From NCBI GenBank assembly GCA_046725875.1, contig JBKOZJ010000042.1:1-46665 (forward strand): a DNA stretch of 46,665 bases, written 5' to 3'. The notes under the pieces were generated by a model, which worked only from the letters and a program-made list of their open reading frames with translations, made no database searches and had not been told where the DNA came from. The DNA comes from Actinomycetota bacterium (GTDB taxonomy: Bacteria; Actinomycetota; Actinomycetes; JAKEEW01). Positions 1 to 9,804 of this stretch are shown here, piece by piece. The position numbers and the translations under genes are program-made. Numbering within the stretch: position 1 is the stretch's first letter; each line of letters begins with the position of its first letter.

Positions 1-234
1 GCCTGGCATCACGTCGAGCGGTACGCGAACAACCGGGTCGAGGCCGACCACGCGCAGCTGAAACGGTGGCTTCGCCCGATGCGCGGAGTCAAGACCATGA
101 CCGGCCTTCGAGTACTCGCCGCCGGTCACGCGTTTGTTCAGAACCTGCGCCAAGGCCACTACGAGATCGGCGCCGACGAACCCCGAAACCGCCGACTCCC
201 GGTGGCATTCCGCGAACTGACCACGGCACTCTGA
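1..234 (+). CDS. IS6-family (IS240-like DDE) transposase, C-terminal part, cut by the window edge
   Basis: Not in the ORF track. Frame +1 reads AWHHVERYANNRVEADHAQLKRWLRPMRGVK...AGHAFVQNLRQGHYE..., stop TGA at 232-234. NNxxExDH..K...RPMRG is the IS6-family signature. Confidence 0.9.
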   Translation, partial: AWHHVERYANNRVEADHAQLKRWLRPMRGVKTMTGLRVLAAGHAFVQNLRQGHYEIGADEPRNRRLPVAFRELTTAL

Positions 235-295
235 GTGCTTCACCGGACGACCGGCCACCCCAGCTTGCGCCACGACCGGCTAATGCAACAGACCC
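1..295 (+). mobile_element. Right end of an IS6-family insertion sequence, terminal IR at 282-295
   Basis: Reverse complement of 282-295 is GGGTCTGTTGCATT, 11/12 identical to the IS6100 end GGCTCTGTTGCA, about 50 bp after the transposase stop. Confidence 0.85.
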
Positions 296-533
296 GGCTG
301 GACCGCCTCATCGTCCACGGAGGAAGTCGGTAGTCACGCTTAGTGGTGATGGGGGTCACGGTTCCATTCCCCCGAGTCGAACCCCTTCATCAGGCAGCTC
401 CCCTCAGCCGCGAGGATCCCTCCGTGAATCTGCACGCCCGGCCGCGGGCAGGAGCCTGTGAGACGGCGCCAACTGACGGCTTCCTAGATCGTCTGCCCGT
501 CCGTCATGCGTCCGTGGACAGTTATAGACGCAT

Positions 534-560
534 GGACTTAGTGGGACTCAGGTGGACTCA
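534..560. repeat. Three GGACT(T/C)A direct repeats with exact 10-bp period; candidate integrase arm-type sites
   Basis: GGACTTA 534-540, GGACTCA 544-550, GGACTCA 554-560, about 70 bp beyond the tRNA 3' end. Confidence 0.6.
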
Positions 561-626
561 TCCGGACCGGCCCAAGACCGCTCGCACACCGCATAGTCGC
601 AGGTTGTCCGGCGTTTCCGCAGGTAG

Positions 627-708
627 TGGCAGGTGTTGGATTCGAACCAACGTAGGCTGAGCCGACGGTTTTACAGACCGCTCCCTTTGGCCGCTCGGGC
701 AACCTGCC
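627..708 (-). tRNA. tRNA-Tyr(GTA), CCA not encoded
   Basis: Minus strand GGCAGGTTGCCCGAGCGGCCAAAGGGAGCGGTCTGTAAAACCGTCGGCTCAGCCTACGTTGGTTCGAATCCAACACCTGCCA: acceptor stem, anticodon GTA (674-672), long variable arm, GTTCGAATC T-loop. Confidence 0.97.
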
Positions 709-736
709 GGGCGCGTGGAGAACCACGACGCCTGGA

Positions 737-765
737 AGGATAGCCCAGCGGTCTGGAGTACCAAA
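737..765 (-). promoter_or_regulatory. Putative housekeeping-sigma promoter of tRNA-Tyr
   Basis: Minus strand TTGGTA-N16-TATCCT, with the -10 at 742-737, about 28 nt upstream of the mature tRNA. Confidence 0.55.
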
Positions 766-926
766 ACCGGTTCGTCTCGCGTAAGGCCGTGCTAAGTGAG
801 GCCGTCCGAGACGTTGTGGCCTCTTGATCAATTGTTCGGATGTGATCGCGGCCTCGAAGCTGCCAGGATTGGCGCCGTACTAACCGAAGACCTGAGCCGT
901 CCACGGGCGAGCAGAAGGAGGTTGTG

Positions 927-1415
927 GTGGCCGAGTCGTCGTTCGACATCGTCAGCAAGGTCGATCGGCAGGAGGTCGACAACGCGCTTAACCAGGCGTC
1001 CCGCGAGATTGGTCAGCGGTTCGACTTCAAGAACGTCGGCGCGTCGATCGCGTGGTCCGGTGATGCCATTGAAATGAAGGCCAACTCCGAGGACCGGGTG
1101 CGTGCGGTGCTCGACGTGTTCAAGGAAAAGCTGGTGAAGCGCGGGGTTAGCCTGAAGGCGCTGGACGCCGGTGAGCCGCGCGCCTCCGGTCGCGAGTACA
1201 GGCTCACGGCCAGCCTGCGGCAGGGGATCTCCCAGGAAAACGCCAAGAAGCTTGGAAACATCATCCGAGATGACGGGCCGAAGGGTGTGCGCACCCAGGT
1301 GCAGGGCGACGAGCTCCGGGTCTTCTCCAAGAAGAGAGACGACCTGCAGGCCGTGATCTCCTTGGTGAAGTCACGCGACCTGGACTTCGCCGTCCAGTTC
1401 GTCAACTACCGCTAG
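927..1415 (+). CDS. yajQ: YajQ-family nucleotide/c-di-GMP-binding protein
   Basis: [20 protein letters not shown]...RFDFK...[16 protein letters not shown]...QFVNYR. RBS AAGGAG precedes GTG 927 (GTG 924 is an alternative). Confidence 0.95.
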   Translation: MAESSFDIVSKVDRQEVDNALNQASREIGQRFDFKNVGASIAWSGDAIEMKANSEDRVRAVLDVFKEKLVKRGVSLKALDAGEPRASGREYRLTASLRQGISQENAKKLGNIIRDDGPKGVRTQVQGDELRVFSKKRDDLQAVISLVKSRDLDFAVQFVNYR

Positions 1416-1489
1416 CGTGCCGAGGGAGGCCGTGAGCCGACTGCGCCAGGAGGGAAGCGGATTAGCTCTCCGCTGGTCAGCAGTGGGTC

Positions 1490-2884
1490 TTATCCCACGC
1501 CGGCCGCGCGCAGGATGGCAGCCACGGACCGGTCCACGTCAGCCTCGGTCGTGCTCCAGTTGGACACCGAGATGCGCATGGCCGCCTTGCCTTGCCATGT
1601 CGTACCACCAAGCCAGCACGTGCCGTCCGACTGGACCCGGGCAACAACGTCGCGGGTGAAGGCATCGTCGTCACCGCCGTCCGGAGCGCGGAAGCGGACC
1701 AGCACCTGGTCCAGCACGACGTCGTTCAGGATCGCCACGCCGGGTGCAGCTGCGAGTGAGTCGGCGAACCGGCGAGCGCAGGCGCAGCCACGCTCGATCA
1801 TCTCGGCGACGCCGGTCCGGCCGAGCTCCCGGATCGCCGCCCATACCGGGAAGCCGCGGGCTCGCCGGGACATCTCGGGCACCCAATCGGCGTTGTCCCG
1901 CTCGCCGGCCTCGCCGAGGATTAGGTAGCTCGCCGCGAGCAGGCTCATCGCCTGGCTATGCGCGACCGGATCGGCGATCAGAGCGAGACCGCAGTCATAG
2001 GGGACGTTGAGCCACTTGTGCGCATCGGTGGCCCACGAGTCGGCGTTCTCCAGCCCGGCCACCAGGTGGCGAAGCTGCGGCGACGTGGCCGCCCACAGCC
2101 CGAACGCCCCGTCGACGTGAACCCACGCACCGTGCTCGTGCGCGACATCGCAGACCACCGCGATCGGGTCGAAGGCTCCGGAGTTCACGTCACCCGCCTG
2201 CGCGCACACGATGATCGGGCCGCTGCACCGCCGCAACTGCTCGGCCAGCCGATCAGCGCGCATCCGGCCCTGATCGTCGGCCGGCACGACATGGACCCGC
2301 TCGCTCCCCAGGCCGAGGTACCGCAACGCCAGCTCGATACTGACGTGCCGGTCGGCACCGACCACCACATCGACCGGCGGCGCCCCGAATAGGCCGTTCC
2401 GCTCGACGTCCCAGCCCACGTTCTCCAGCACCCGAGAGCGCGCCGCGGCCAGGCAGATGAAGTTGGCGAGTGTGCCGCCCGTGGTGAAGCCGACCGACGT
2501 GGACTCGGGTAGGCCGAGAAGCTCAACCAGCCATCCCGCCGCGACCTCCTCGACTACGGCGGCCGCTGGGGAGAGCACATAACCGCCGGCGTTCTGGTCC
2601 CAGGCCGAGGTGAGCCAGTCGGCGCTCACCGCCGACGGCAGCGCACCGCCGACCACGAAACCGAAGTATCGTGGCCCGGCGGAGGCGACCAGACCTCGGT
2701 CCGCGGCCCCGACAAGCTCGTCGATGATCACGTCTGGGTCCGTCGGCTTCTCCGGAAGCGGCCCGCCGAACCGCTCCAGCAACTCCGCCCGGCTCCCCCG
2801 CGCCCCCACCGCGCGCTCGCCCACACTCGAGAGATACGACGCCGCATGCGCCGCCGTCTTGCCCAACAACCCATCGAGTTCCAT
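1490..2884 (-). CDS. Group II PLP-dependent (aromatic amino acid/glutamate-type) decarboxylase
   Basis: PRYFGFV, GGTLAN, WVHVDGAFG, DAHKWLNVPYDCG (PLP lysine), SRRARGF. Substrate not determinable. Confidence 0.88.
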   Translation of the reverse strand: MELDGLLGKTAAHAASYLSSVGERAVGARGSRAELLERFGGPLPEKPTDPDVIIDELVGAADRGLVASAGPRYFGFVVGGALPSAVSADWLTSAWDQNAGGYVLSPAAAVVEEVAAGWLVELLGLPESTSVGFTTGGTLANFICLAAARSRVLENVGWDVERNGLFGAPPVDVVVGADRHVSIELALRYLGLGSERVHVVPADDQGRMRADRLAEQLRRCSGPIIVCAQAGDVNSGAFDPIAVVCDVAHEHGAWVHVDGAFGLWAATSPQLRHLVAGLENADSWATDAHKWLNVPYDCGLALIADPVAHSQAMSLLAASYLILGEAGERDNADWVPEMSRRARGFPVWAAIRELGRTGVAEMIERGCACARRFADSLAAAPGVAILNDVVLDQVLVRFRAPDGGDDDAFTRDVVARVQSDGTCWLGGTTWQGKAAMRISVSNWSTTEADVDRSVAAILRAAGVG

Positions 2885-2896
2885 CCCCCGAGGGTA
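2885..2896 (-). promoter_or_regulatory. Putative leaderless promoter of the decarboxylase
   Basis: Minus strand TACCCT (2896-2891), 6 nt, then ATG at 2884: the TANNNT-N6-ATG arrangement of leaderless actinobacterial genes. Confidence 0.55.
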
Positions 2897-3020
2897 ATTG
2901 CACGTACAGCCTCAGCGGCACCGCGTGCTAACTAGCTCTGGGCGATGAACTACTCAGACCCGCCGGTCATACCGAGACGGACCCACCGGGACGGAGTCGC
3001 GCGAGAGGTCGGACGAGTGT

Positions 3021-3875
3021 CTACCGGCGGTAGCCAGCCATCGACTCCAGGCGGGCGATCCGCTCGGGCATTGGCGGGTGGGTTGAGAACAGCCTGGCCA
3101 GGCCGCCACCACGGAACGGGTTGACGATCATGAGCGAGCTGGTTGTCTCGATGGCCGGCTCCGGTGGCAGCGGCAGCTGCTTCGTGCCAGCATCCAGCTT
3201 GCGCAGTGCGCTTGCAAGCGCAAGCGGGTCACTGGTCACCTGCGCGCCCGACGCGTCGGCCTGAAACTCACGCGACCGGGAGATGGCCACTTGGATCAGC
3301 GATGCCGCGATCGGACCCAGGATCAGCAGGAGCAGGGCGCCGAACGCGTTGCCGTCGCGCTCGTCCCTGCCACCGATGGGGATCAGCCACGCGAACTGGG
3401 CGAGGAACATGATGACCGTGGCCAGCCCAGCCGCAACCGACGAGATCAGGATGTCGCGGTTGTAGACATGCGAGAGCTCGTGGCCGAGCACGCCGCGCAG
3501 CTCCCGCTCGTTGAGGATCTGCAAGATCCCTTGGGTGCAGCAGACTGCGGCGTTGCGAGGATTGCGCCCGGTCGCAAAGGCGTTCGGTGCGTTCGTCGGA
3601 GAGACGTACAGGCGTGGCATCGGCTGCCGGGCTGCCGTGGACAGCTCGCGCACGATCCGATACATCACCGGCTGCTCGGCCTCGCTCACCGGGTAGGCCC
3701 GCATCGACCGCAGCGCCAGCTTGTCACTGTAGAAGTACGAGATGCCGTTCGTGACGAGGGCAATGATGAAAGCGATCACCAATCCGCCACGGCCGAAGAA
3801 GCTGCCGATCACTAGGATGATCGCCGAGAGCAGCCCGAGCAGGGCGGCGGTCTTGAGGCCGTTGAACTGACGCAC
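3021..3875 (-). CDS. htpX: Membrane zinc metalloprotease HtpX (M48)
   Basis: PNAFATGRNP, HELSH zinc motif, SRSREFQAD, FSTHPP. RBS AAGGAG before GTG. Confidence 0.96.
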   Translation of the reverse strand: MRQFNGLKTAALLGLLSAIILVIGSFFGRGGLVIAFIIALVTNGISYFYSDKLALRSMRAYPVSEAEQPVMYRIVRELSTAARQPMPRLYVSPTNAPNAFATGRNPRNAAVCCTQGILQILNERELRGVLGHELSHVYNRDILISSVAAGLATVIMFLAQFAWLIPIGGRDERDGNAFGALLLLILGPIAASLIQVAISRSREFQADASGAQVTSDPLALASALRKLDAGTKQLPLPPEPAIETTSSLMIVNPFRGGGLARLFSTHPPMPERIARLESMAGYRR

Positions 3876-3971
3876 TGTTGACTCCTTGTCGGTCCAGGGA
3901 CTACTACCCCTGGAACCTCACATCACGAGCGCGGAGCCGCCCATCGACTTCGCTGCGGGAGGCACCCTGCG

Positions 3972-4007
3972 ATCGTACAAACGTCCGTAGCCAGCTGAGG
4001 TGTTCCC
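3972..4007 (-). promoter_or_regulatory. Putative ECF (SigE/SigH/SigR-like) promoter for htpX, with an adjacent TACGAT -10
   Basis: Minus strand GGGAAC (4007-4002)-N18-CGTT (3983-3980), followed by TACGAT (3977-3972). Confidence 0.55.
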
Positions 4008-4039
4008 GCGCCAGGCGCCAAGCGATCAACGCTCGCCGG

Positions 4040-5620
4040 CTACCCGATCAGCTGGGCCTGGTTGGTCAGCACATTAAGCACGACCTCCGGCAAGAGCGAC
4101 AAAACCACCGCCAAACCGAGTGTCAAGCCGATCGCCGCGCCCAGCTCCGGTGGGATCTTGTACGACGGCGGAGGCGCGGCCGGATCCGGCGCGACGAAGA
4201 GCAGGCCGGCCCAGACTACGTAGTAGTAGAGAGCGATGACGGTGTTTACGGCCATCACGACCGCGAGCCAGCCGACGCCGCCGGCGACGGCCGCCTTGAA
4301 GACCACCACTTTGGCAAACAGCCCAACCAGTCCCGGCGGAATCCCGGCCAGGCAGGCCAGGAAGAAGGCAAGGATGAGCGCGCTCACCGGCTCGGTGCGG
4401 ACCAGCCCGCGGTAGTCCTCGAGTCTGTTCGCCGGCCGGTATCGGCCGACCGCGACCACGACGGCGAAGGCGCCGAGGTTCATCACGGCGTAGACGAGCA
4501 GGTAGGCGACGGACGCGGAGAGCGCGTCGCCGATCGATGAGCCGGTCCCGCCCGGTTTCGTAGAGACCGCGACTCCGAGCGGCACCAGCACATAGCCCGA
4601 TTGCGCGATCGACGACCACGCGAGCAGCCGGACGGCATTCCGCTCGCGCAGGGCGACGAGGTTGCCGACCGTCATCGTGAGTGCGGCGAGGACCGCCACC
4701 ACCGGTCCCCAGATGTTGGAGTACGGAGCAAAGCCGAGGCTGACCACGAGGATGAAGCCGATGAACCCGGCCGCCTTTGACACGACCGACAGATAGGCCG
4801 CGACCGGGACGGGCGCACCCACGTAGGTGTCGGGCAGCCATCCGTGGAACGGCACCGCCGCAACCTTGAAGGCCAGCCCAACGAGCACGAGCACCATACC
4901 GACGGCGAGGACTCTGGTGTCGACCGGGACAGCCTCCCCCGCCGCTCCGGCCAACGCACTACTAACACCGTGGCCGGAGGCGTCGCCCGTGACCTTCGTC
5001 TCGTCTAGTGCCGCCGCGATCCGGGACAGATGGACCGAGCCGGTCATGCCGTAGATCAGCGAGATCCCGAAGAGCATCACCGCGATCGAGACGACCGAGA
5101 CCAGGAAGAACTTGACGGCCGCCTCGCCGCCGCGCCCGTGGTAACGGCGCATGCCGACCAGCGCGAACGCCGGCAGCGAGACCAGCTCGAGCGCTATCAC
5201 GAGGGTCATCAGGTCGCGGGCGGCCGCGATCGACACCGCGCCCGCCGCCGAGACGAGCAGCAGGAACCAGAACTCCCCGGCGGGCAGCCGCTGGTCGGCA
5301 ACCGTGTTGGCCGACATCAAAACCGCCACGAGGGCACCCGCCAGGGCGAGCAGCTGGAAGACGAGGGTCAGGTCGTTGACGACGTAAGAGCACTGGCGTA
5401 CCGCCTCGCCGCTGGGCAGGCAGAACGTCGCCCGCGGCGAGCCCTGCAGTGGCAGCAGCGATCCGAGCGCCCCGAGCAGGCCGGCGACCGGGAGCCAGGC
5501 GAGCATGTCCTTCCGCGCGGGCGGCACGAACAGGTCGAGTACGAGCACCGCGAGGGCGGCCAGGACCACGATGAGCGGCGGTGCGATGGCCGCGTAATCG
5601 ATGGACTGGACGAGCGACAT
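4040..5620 (-). CDS. nuoN: Complex I subunit N, second cluster
   Basis: Start MSLVQSID (ATG 5620 overlaps the nuoM stop). ALELVSLP, FKVAAVPFHGWLPDTY, RLLAWSSIAQSGY, LAGIPP. Confidence 0.93.
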   Translation of the reverse strand: MSLVQSIDYAAIAPPLIVVLAALAVLVLDLFVPPARKDMLAWLPVAGLLGALGSLLPLQGSPRATFCLPSGEAVRQCSYVVNDLTLVFQLLALAGALVAVLMSANTVADQRLPAGEFWFLLLVSAAGAVSIAAARDLMTLVIALELVSLPAFALVGMRRYHGRGGEAAVKFFLVSVVSIAVMLFGISLIYGMTGSVHLSRIAAALDETKVTGDASGHGVSSALAGAAGEAVPVDTRVLAVGMVLVLVGLAFKVAAVPFHGWLPDTYVGAPVPVAAYLSVVSKAAGFIGFILVVSLGFAPYSNIWGPVVAVLAALTMTVGNLVALRERNAVRLLAWSSIAQSGYVLVPLGVAVSTKPGGTGSSIGDALSASVAYLLVYAVMNLGAFAVVVAVGRYRPANRLEDYRGLVRTEPVSALILAFFLACLAGIPPGLVGLFAKVVVFKAAVAGGVGWLAVVMAVNTVIALYYYVVWAGLLFVAPDPAAPPPSYKIPPELGAAIGLTLGLAVVLSLLPEVVLNVLTNQAQLIG

Positions 5621-7251
5621 CAGCCGGGCACCCCCAACAGTGCCCGGACGGCCGGGTCGCTGACGCCGAGCAGGACCTTCGGCCACAGCCCGGCGAGCAA
5701 GATGAGGACGATCAGCGGCGCCCAGGCCGCCCACTCGATGCTGCGCACGTCCACGTGCGGCGTGAACGAGGGGGCCGTCGAACCGCCGGACGCGCCGCCG
5801 GCCCCGGCCGGCCCGACGCCGGCAGCCCACTGGGGGCCGCTCACCCCCATCGCCACCCGGCGCAGCATCACGAGCAGGTACACGGCGGTCAGCAGCGTGC
5901 CCAGGCCAGCGACCGACATGAGCACCACAAAATAGGGCCGCTGCAGGGCCTCGGCCGGGTCGAACGCGCCGAGCAAGGCAAGGACCTCACCCCAGAACCC
6001 GGCGAGCCCGGGCAGGCCGAGCGACGCGACCGCCGCGAAGGCGAGCACTCCGCCCAGCCGGGGCAGTCGCTCGTACAAACCCCCGCCAAGCTCGGCGAAT
6101 GCGGAGGTGTGGTGCCGGTCCTTGATGGCACCAGCGAGAAAGAACAGCAGTCCAGTGATGAGTCCGTGCCCCACATTGGCGAAGAGCGCGCCGTTGATGC
6201 CGACGGCGGTAAGAGTGGCGATGCCGAGAAGGACGAACCCCATGTGCCCGACCGACGAGTACGCGATAAGCCGCTTCAGGTCACGTTGAGCGAGACAGGC
6301 CAGCGCACCGTACACAATGCCGACCACGGCAAGCGCCCCGATGTAGGGGGCGAACTCCCGGGCTCCTTCGGGCAGGATCGGCAGCGCGATGCGCACCAGG
6401 CCGTAGGTTCCGATCTTCAGCAAGACACCGGCTAGCAGCACCGAGCCGACGGTCGGTGCAGCCGTGTGGGCATCCGGCAGCCAGGTATGCAGCGGCCACA
6501 TCGGTGCCTTGACGCCGAAGCCAAGCAAGAGCGCCAGAAACGCGATGACCTGCACTCCGTGCGACATGCCCGCGCCGTCGGCGGCGGCCAGCTCGACCAT
6601 GTCGAGCGTGCCGGCCTTGGTGTAGATGAGCAGGAGCCCGAGCAGCATGAGTGCCGACCCGAGCAAGGTGTAGAGGATGAACTTGAACGCCGCCAGTGCC
6701 CGCCCGTCCGAGCCCCAGTAGGCGATGAGGAAGTACATCGGGACCAAGACGGTTTCGAAGAAAACGAAGAAGAGGATGAGGTCGAGCGCGGCAAAGGTGC
6801 CAAGCATCCCGGTCTCGAGCAGTAGCAACAGGCCCACGAAGCCGCGGTCGCTGCGGCTGATCGGCTCGGAACCGCTGCCACTTGGGTCCGCCGGTCGCGG
6901 GTTGAGGGGAACAGCCACGGGGGGATCCGGGGCGGCGGAGGGCATGACCCGGGTGGCGTAGAGCGCACAGAGGAAGGTCAGCAGCGCGGTCAGCACGAAC
7001 AGGGGCAGCGAGATGCCGTCGACTCCGAAGTGGAAGCGCAGGTCTAGCGCGCTTGCCCAGCCGACGTTTGTCTCCGCCTGGATATCGCTTGTCTTGTCGT
7101 AGTCGAAGTCGGCGGTTACGGCCAGCGTGGCGAGTAGTGCCAGACCGGTCGTGACGACGCCGATCGTTCGCGCCCAATCGACCGGTGCGAGCAGGACGGC
7201 GGCGAGCCCAGCCAACGGGACGAGGACGGCCAAGACCAGCAGTGCGCTCAT
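5620..7251 (-). CDS. nuoM: Complex I subunit M, second cluster
   Basis: Start MSALLV (ATGA overlap with nuoL). [51 protein letters not shown]. Confidence 0.94.
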   Translation of the reverse strand: MSALLVLAVLVPLAGLAAVLLAPVDWARTIGVVTTGLALLATLAVTADFDYDKTSDIQAETNVGWASALDLRFHFGVDGISLPLFVLTALLTFLCALYATRVMPSAAPDPPVAVPLNPRPADPSGSGSEPISRSDRGFVGLLLLLETGMLGTFAALDLILFFVFFETVLVPMYFLIAYWGSDGRALAAFKFILYTLLGSALMLLGLLLIYTKAGTLDMVELAAADGAGMSHGVQVIAFLALLLGFGVKAPMWPLHTWLPDAHTAAPTVGSVLLAGVLLKIGTYGLVRIALPILPEGAREFAPYIGALAVVGIVYGALACLAQRDLKRLIAYSSVGHMGFVLLGIATLTAVGINGALFANVGHGLITGLLFFLAGAIKDRHHTSAFAELGGGLYERLPRLGGVLAFAAVASLGLPGLAGFWGEVLALLGAFDPAEALQRPYFVVLMSVAGLGTLLTAVYLLVMLRRVAMGVSGPQWAAGVGPAGAGGASGGSTAPSFTPHVDVRSIEWAAWAPLIVLILLAGLWPKVLLGVSDPAVRALLGVPG

Positions 7252-9371
7252 CCGATCGCCACCGCCACCGAGAATGCGATCGCGACCGCGCCGATCAGCA
7301 CCCCCGCCAGGTAGGTCTGCACGTTTCCGTTCTGGAGAGCACGAAGCACGCCACCGAGCCACCGGGCGCCGATGCCCGATCCGTACACGTATCCATCCAC
7401 GACGTTGTCGTCGTTGAAGATGACCGCCCGGGCGACTGCATAGGTTGGCCGCACCAGCGCCCGGTCGTACGCCTCGTCGAGCCCGAACCCACGCTCGGCC
7501 CAGGGCCTGGCCTGGGCGAGCAGCGCGTCCGCCGGATCCGCGGCCGGGTCGCGCCGCCAGACCGTGTAGGTCAGGGCGAGGCCGAGCGCGGCCGCGGCAA
7601 GGGCAAGCACGGTCGTAACCAGGACCGGGGTAAATACCGCTTCTGCCTCGGGGAAGACGACGAGGTTGGCCAGTCCCGCCGTTGCGGTGTCGCCGAGCCA
7701 GCGCGGGATGCCGTTGTTGTACAGCCCGAAGAAGCCAAGCACCGCCGATGGCACCGCCAACGCGATCAGCACCCACGTCATGGCCGGCGGCGCATCGTGG
7801 GCTGCCTCGGCTCCAGCTTCTGCCGCTATGCCCGCCTCGGCATCCGGGCGATCCTCAGCCGGGACTATGGCCTCTGGGCGTTCCTCGTGCGGAACCGGTT
7901 GTACGGCCTCCCGCGGGCCAACCCACTCGAGCTCACCGACCGGCACGGTAGCCGGCGCGAGGAAGGCCATCAACCACAGCCGCATGCAGTAGGCGGCCGT
8001 CACGGCCACCGTCAGCACGGCGACGACGAGCAATATCCAGGTAGCCCAACGAGATGGTAGAGCGAGCATCACGGTTGGGGATGGGCCAACCGCGAACGAT
8101 GCCTCGTCGCTGGACGTCGCCGCGTGCTCGGTGGCGCTGAGGATCGACTCCTTACTGAAGAATCCTGACATCGGCGGCAGGCCAGCGAGCGCCGCCAGCC
8201 CGATTGTCATCGTCCAGAACGTAACCGGCATCGGCCGGCGCAGTCCGCCCATCTCCCGCAGCGAGTTGGTGCCGACGGCGTGGATGACCGCGCCGGCGCA
8301 GAGGAAAAGTAGTGCCTTGAAGGCGCCGTGCGTGAGGAGGTGGAACATGCTCGCCTCGGGCGCGCCGGCGGCGAGTCCGCCGCCCATATAGGCGAGCTGC
8401 GAGATGGTCGAGTAGGCGAGGACCCGCTTGATGTCATCCTGGGCGAGCGCGGCGACGGCCGAGCCGAGCATGGTGATAGCCGCGATAAGCGCGAGGACGG
8501 TCAGCGTCGTCTGTGCGGCGGCGAAGGCTGGATAGAGGCGCGCAATGAAATACATACCGGCCGCGACCATCGTCGCTGCGTGGATGAGCGCACTGATCGG
8601 CGTCGGGCCGGCCATCGCGTCCGGAAGCCAGGTATGCAGCGGGAATTGGGCGGACTTTCCAACGACCCCGCAAAGCAGCAGCAGCGTGGCGAGCGTAACG
8701 TGCTCGACCTTGCCGTCGGCGACCGCGGTGAGGACATCGCCGATTTGGAACGACCCGGCCCCGACCCCGAGCACGAAGATGCCGAACAGGAACGGCACGT
8801 CGCCGAGCTTGGTCATGACGAACGCCTTGACCGCGGCGGACTGCGCCCAGTCGCGCTCCCAGTAGTGGCCGATCAGAAAGTAGGAACAGATGCCCATGAC
8901 CTCCCAGCCGACCAGCAGCACGATCAGGTCGGCGGAGTAAACGACAAGCAGCATCGCCGCGCTGAACAACGACACGAACGCCGTGTACGACGAGTACCTC
9001 GACGCGCGGGGGGACACCCCAGGCGCTTCCCCCGCAATGTGCTCGGCGTCGTGCTTCATGTACTCGGTCGAGTAGATCTGCACGGCCAGCGCGACCAGGC
9101 AGACCATGATGGCGACAGTGGTCGACAGCCCGTCCAGCCGGACGCCGATGACCACCGGTATCGCCCCCGTGGGAGTGAGCTGCGTGCTGTGCTCAACTGG
9201 CGGACCGCCGTGCGGAGTGCCGGCCGCAACTACGATGGCGGCGACGGTGGCCACGGCGATGCCGCCGATACCGATCGGTCCGACCAACCGGGGCGCGCGG
9301 CGCCCGTACAACAAACCAACGACGGCCGCCAAGAACGGCGCCGCCGGTACCACCCAGGCCAGCTCGGTCAC
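7248..9371 (-). CDS. nuoL: Complex I subunit L, second cluster
   Basis: [75 protein letters not shown]-terminal LQNGNVQTY. Confidence 0.95.
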   Translation of the reverse strand: MTELAWVVPAAPFLAAVVGLLYGRRAPRLVGPIGIGGIAVATVAAIVVAAGTPHGGPPVEHSTQLTPTGAIPVVIGVRLDGLSTTVAIMVCLVALAVQIYSTEYMKHDAEHIAGEAPGVSPRASRYSSYTAFVSLFSAAMLLVVYSADLIVLLVGWEVMGICSYFLIGHYWERDWAQSAAVKAFVMTKLGDVPFLFGIFVLGVGAGSFQIGDVLTAVADGKVEHVTLATLLLLCGVVGKSAQFPLHTWLPDAMAGPTPISALIHAATMVAAGMYFIARLYPAFAAAQTTLTVLALIAAITMLGSAVAALAQDDIKRVLAYSTISQLAYMGGGLAAGAPEASMFHLLTHGAFKALLFLCAGAVIHAVGTNSLREMGGLRRPMPVTFWTMTIGLAALAGLPPMSGFFSKESILSATEHAATSSDEASFAVGPSPTVMLALPSRWATWILLVVAVLTVAVTAAYCMRLWLMAFLAPATVPVGELEWVGPREAVQPVPHEERPEAIVPAEDRPDAEAGIAAEAGAEAAHDAPPAMTWVLIALAVPSAVLGFFGLYNNGIPRWLGDTATAGLANLVVFPEAEAVFTPVLVTTVLALAAAALGLALTYTVWRRDPAADPADALLAQARPWAERGFGLDEAYDRALVRPTYAVARAVIFNDDNVVDGYVYGSGIGARWLGGVLRALQNGNVQTYLAGVLIGAVAIAFSVAVAIG

Positions 9372-9802
9372 GGCGACCGCCCCGCGACCCGCGGCTCCAC
9401 CGGTGGGGCACCGGCGGCCGGATCGACCGCTTCCGCGGCCCCGCCGGCGTGCTCAGCCTCGGCCGCCGCGTCGGCGTCGACCAGAGCGTCGTACTGTCGC
9501 TCGCCGAGATCCCGCAGTGTGTCGATGTCGGCCGTTTGCCGCTCGCGAAAGACCAGCAGGACGATCGCGAGCCCAAGGCCGATCTCCGCCGCGGCGATCG
9601 TGATTACGTAGAGCGTGAAGACCTGACCGGCGTGCAGCTCGTCCCGCAACCACACGTCGAACGCGACCAGGTTCAGGTTGACCGCGTTGAGCATGAGCTC
9701 GACCGAGAGCAGCACGAGGATCGCGTTGCGCCGGGCGAGCACCCCGTAGACACCGATGCTGAACAGCAGCGCCGACACGATCAGCGGATACAGCAGGTGC
9801 AT
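9368..9802 (-). CDS. nuoK: Complex I subunit K, second cluster, with about 40-aa C-terminal tail
   Basis: Start MHLLYP at 9802. [33 protein letters not shown]. Confidence 0.93.
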   Translation of the reverse strand: MHLLYPLIVSALLFSIGVYGVLARRNAILVLLSVELMLNAVNLNLVAFDVWLRDELHAGQVFTLYVITIAAAEIGLGLAIVLLVFRERQTADIDTLRDLGERQYDALVDADAAAEAEHAGGAAEAVDPAAGAPPVEPRVAGRSP

Positions 9803-9804
9803 CC

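Noticed and set aside
350..385. GGTTCCATTCCC resembling a tRNA T-loop
   Set aside because: No cloverleaf and no match to the tRNA-Tyr 3' end.
66..982. ORF-track ORFs over the IS end and tRNA
   Set aside because: They overlap the transposase frame and tRNA-Tyr and show no protein-like features.
3893..3914. Hairpin TCCAGGG/CCCTGGA in the htpX leader as an RNA thermometer
   Set aside because: It does not sequester the SD (AAGGAG at 3887-3882).
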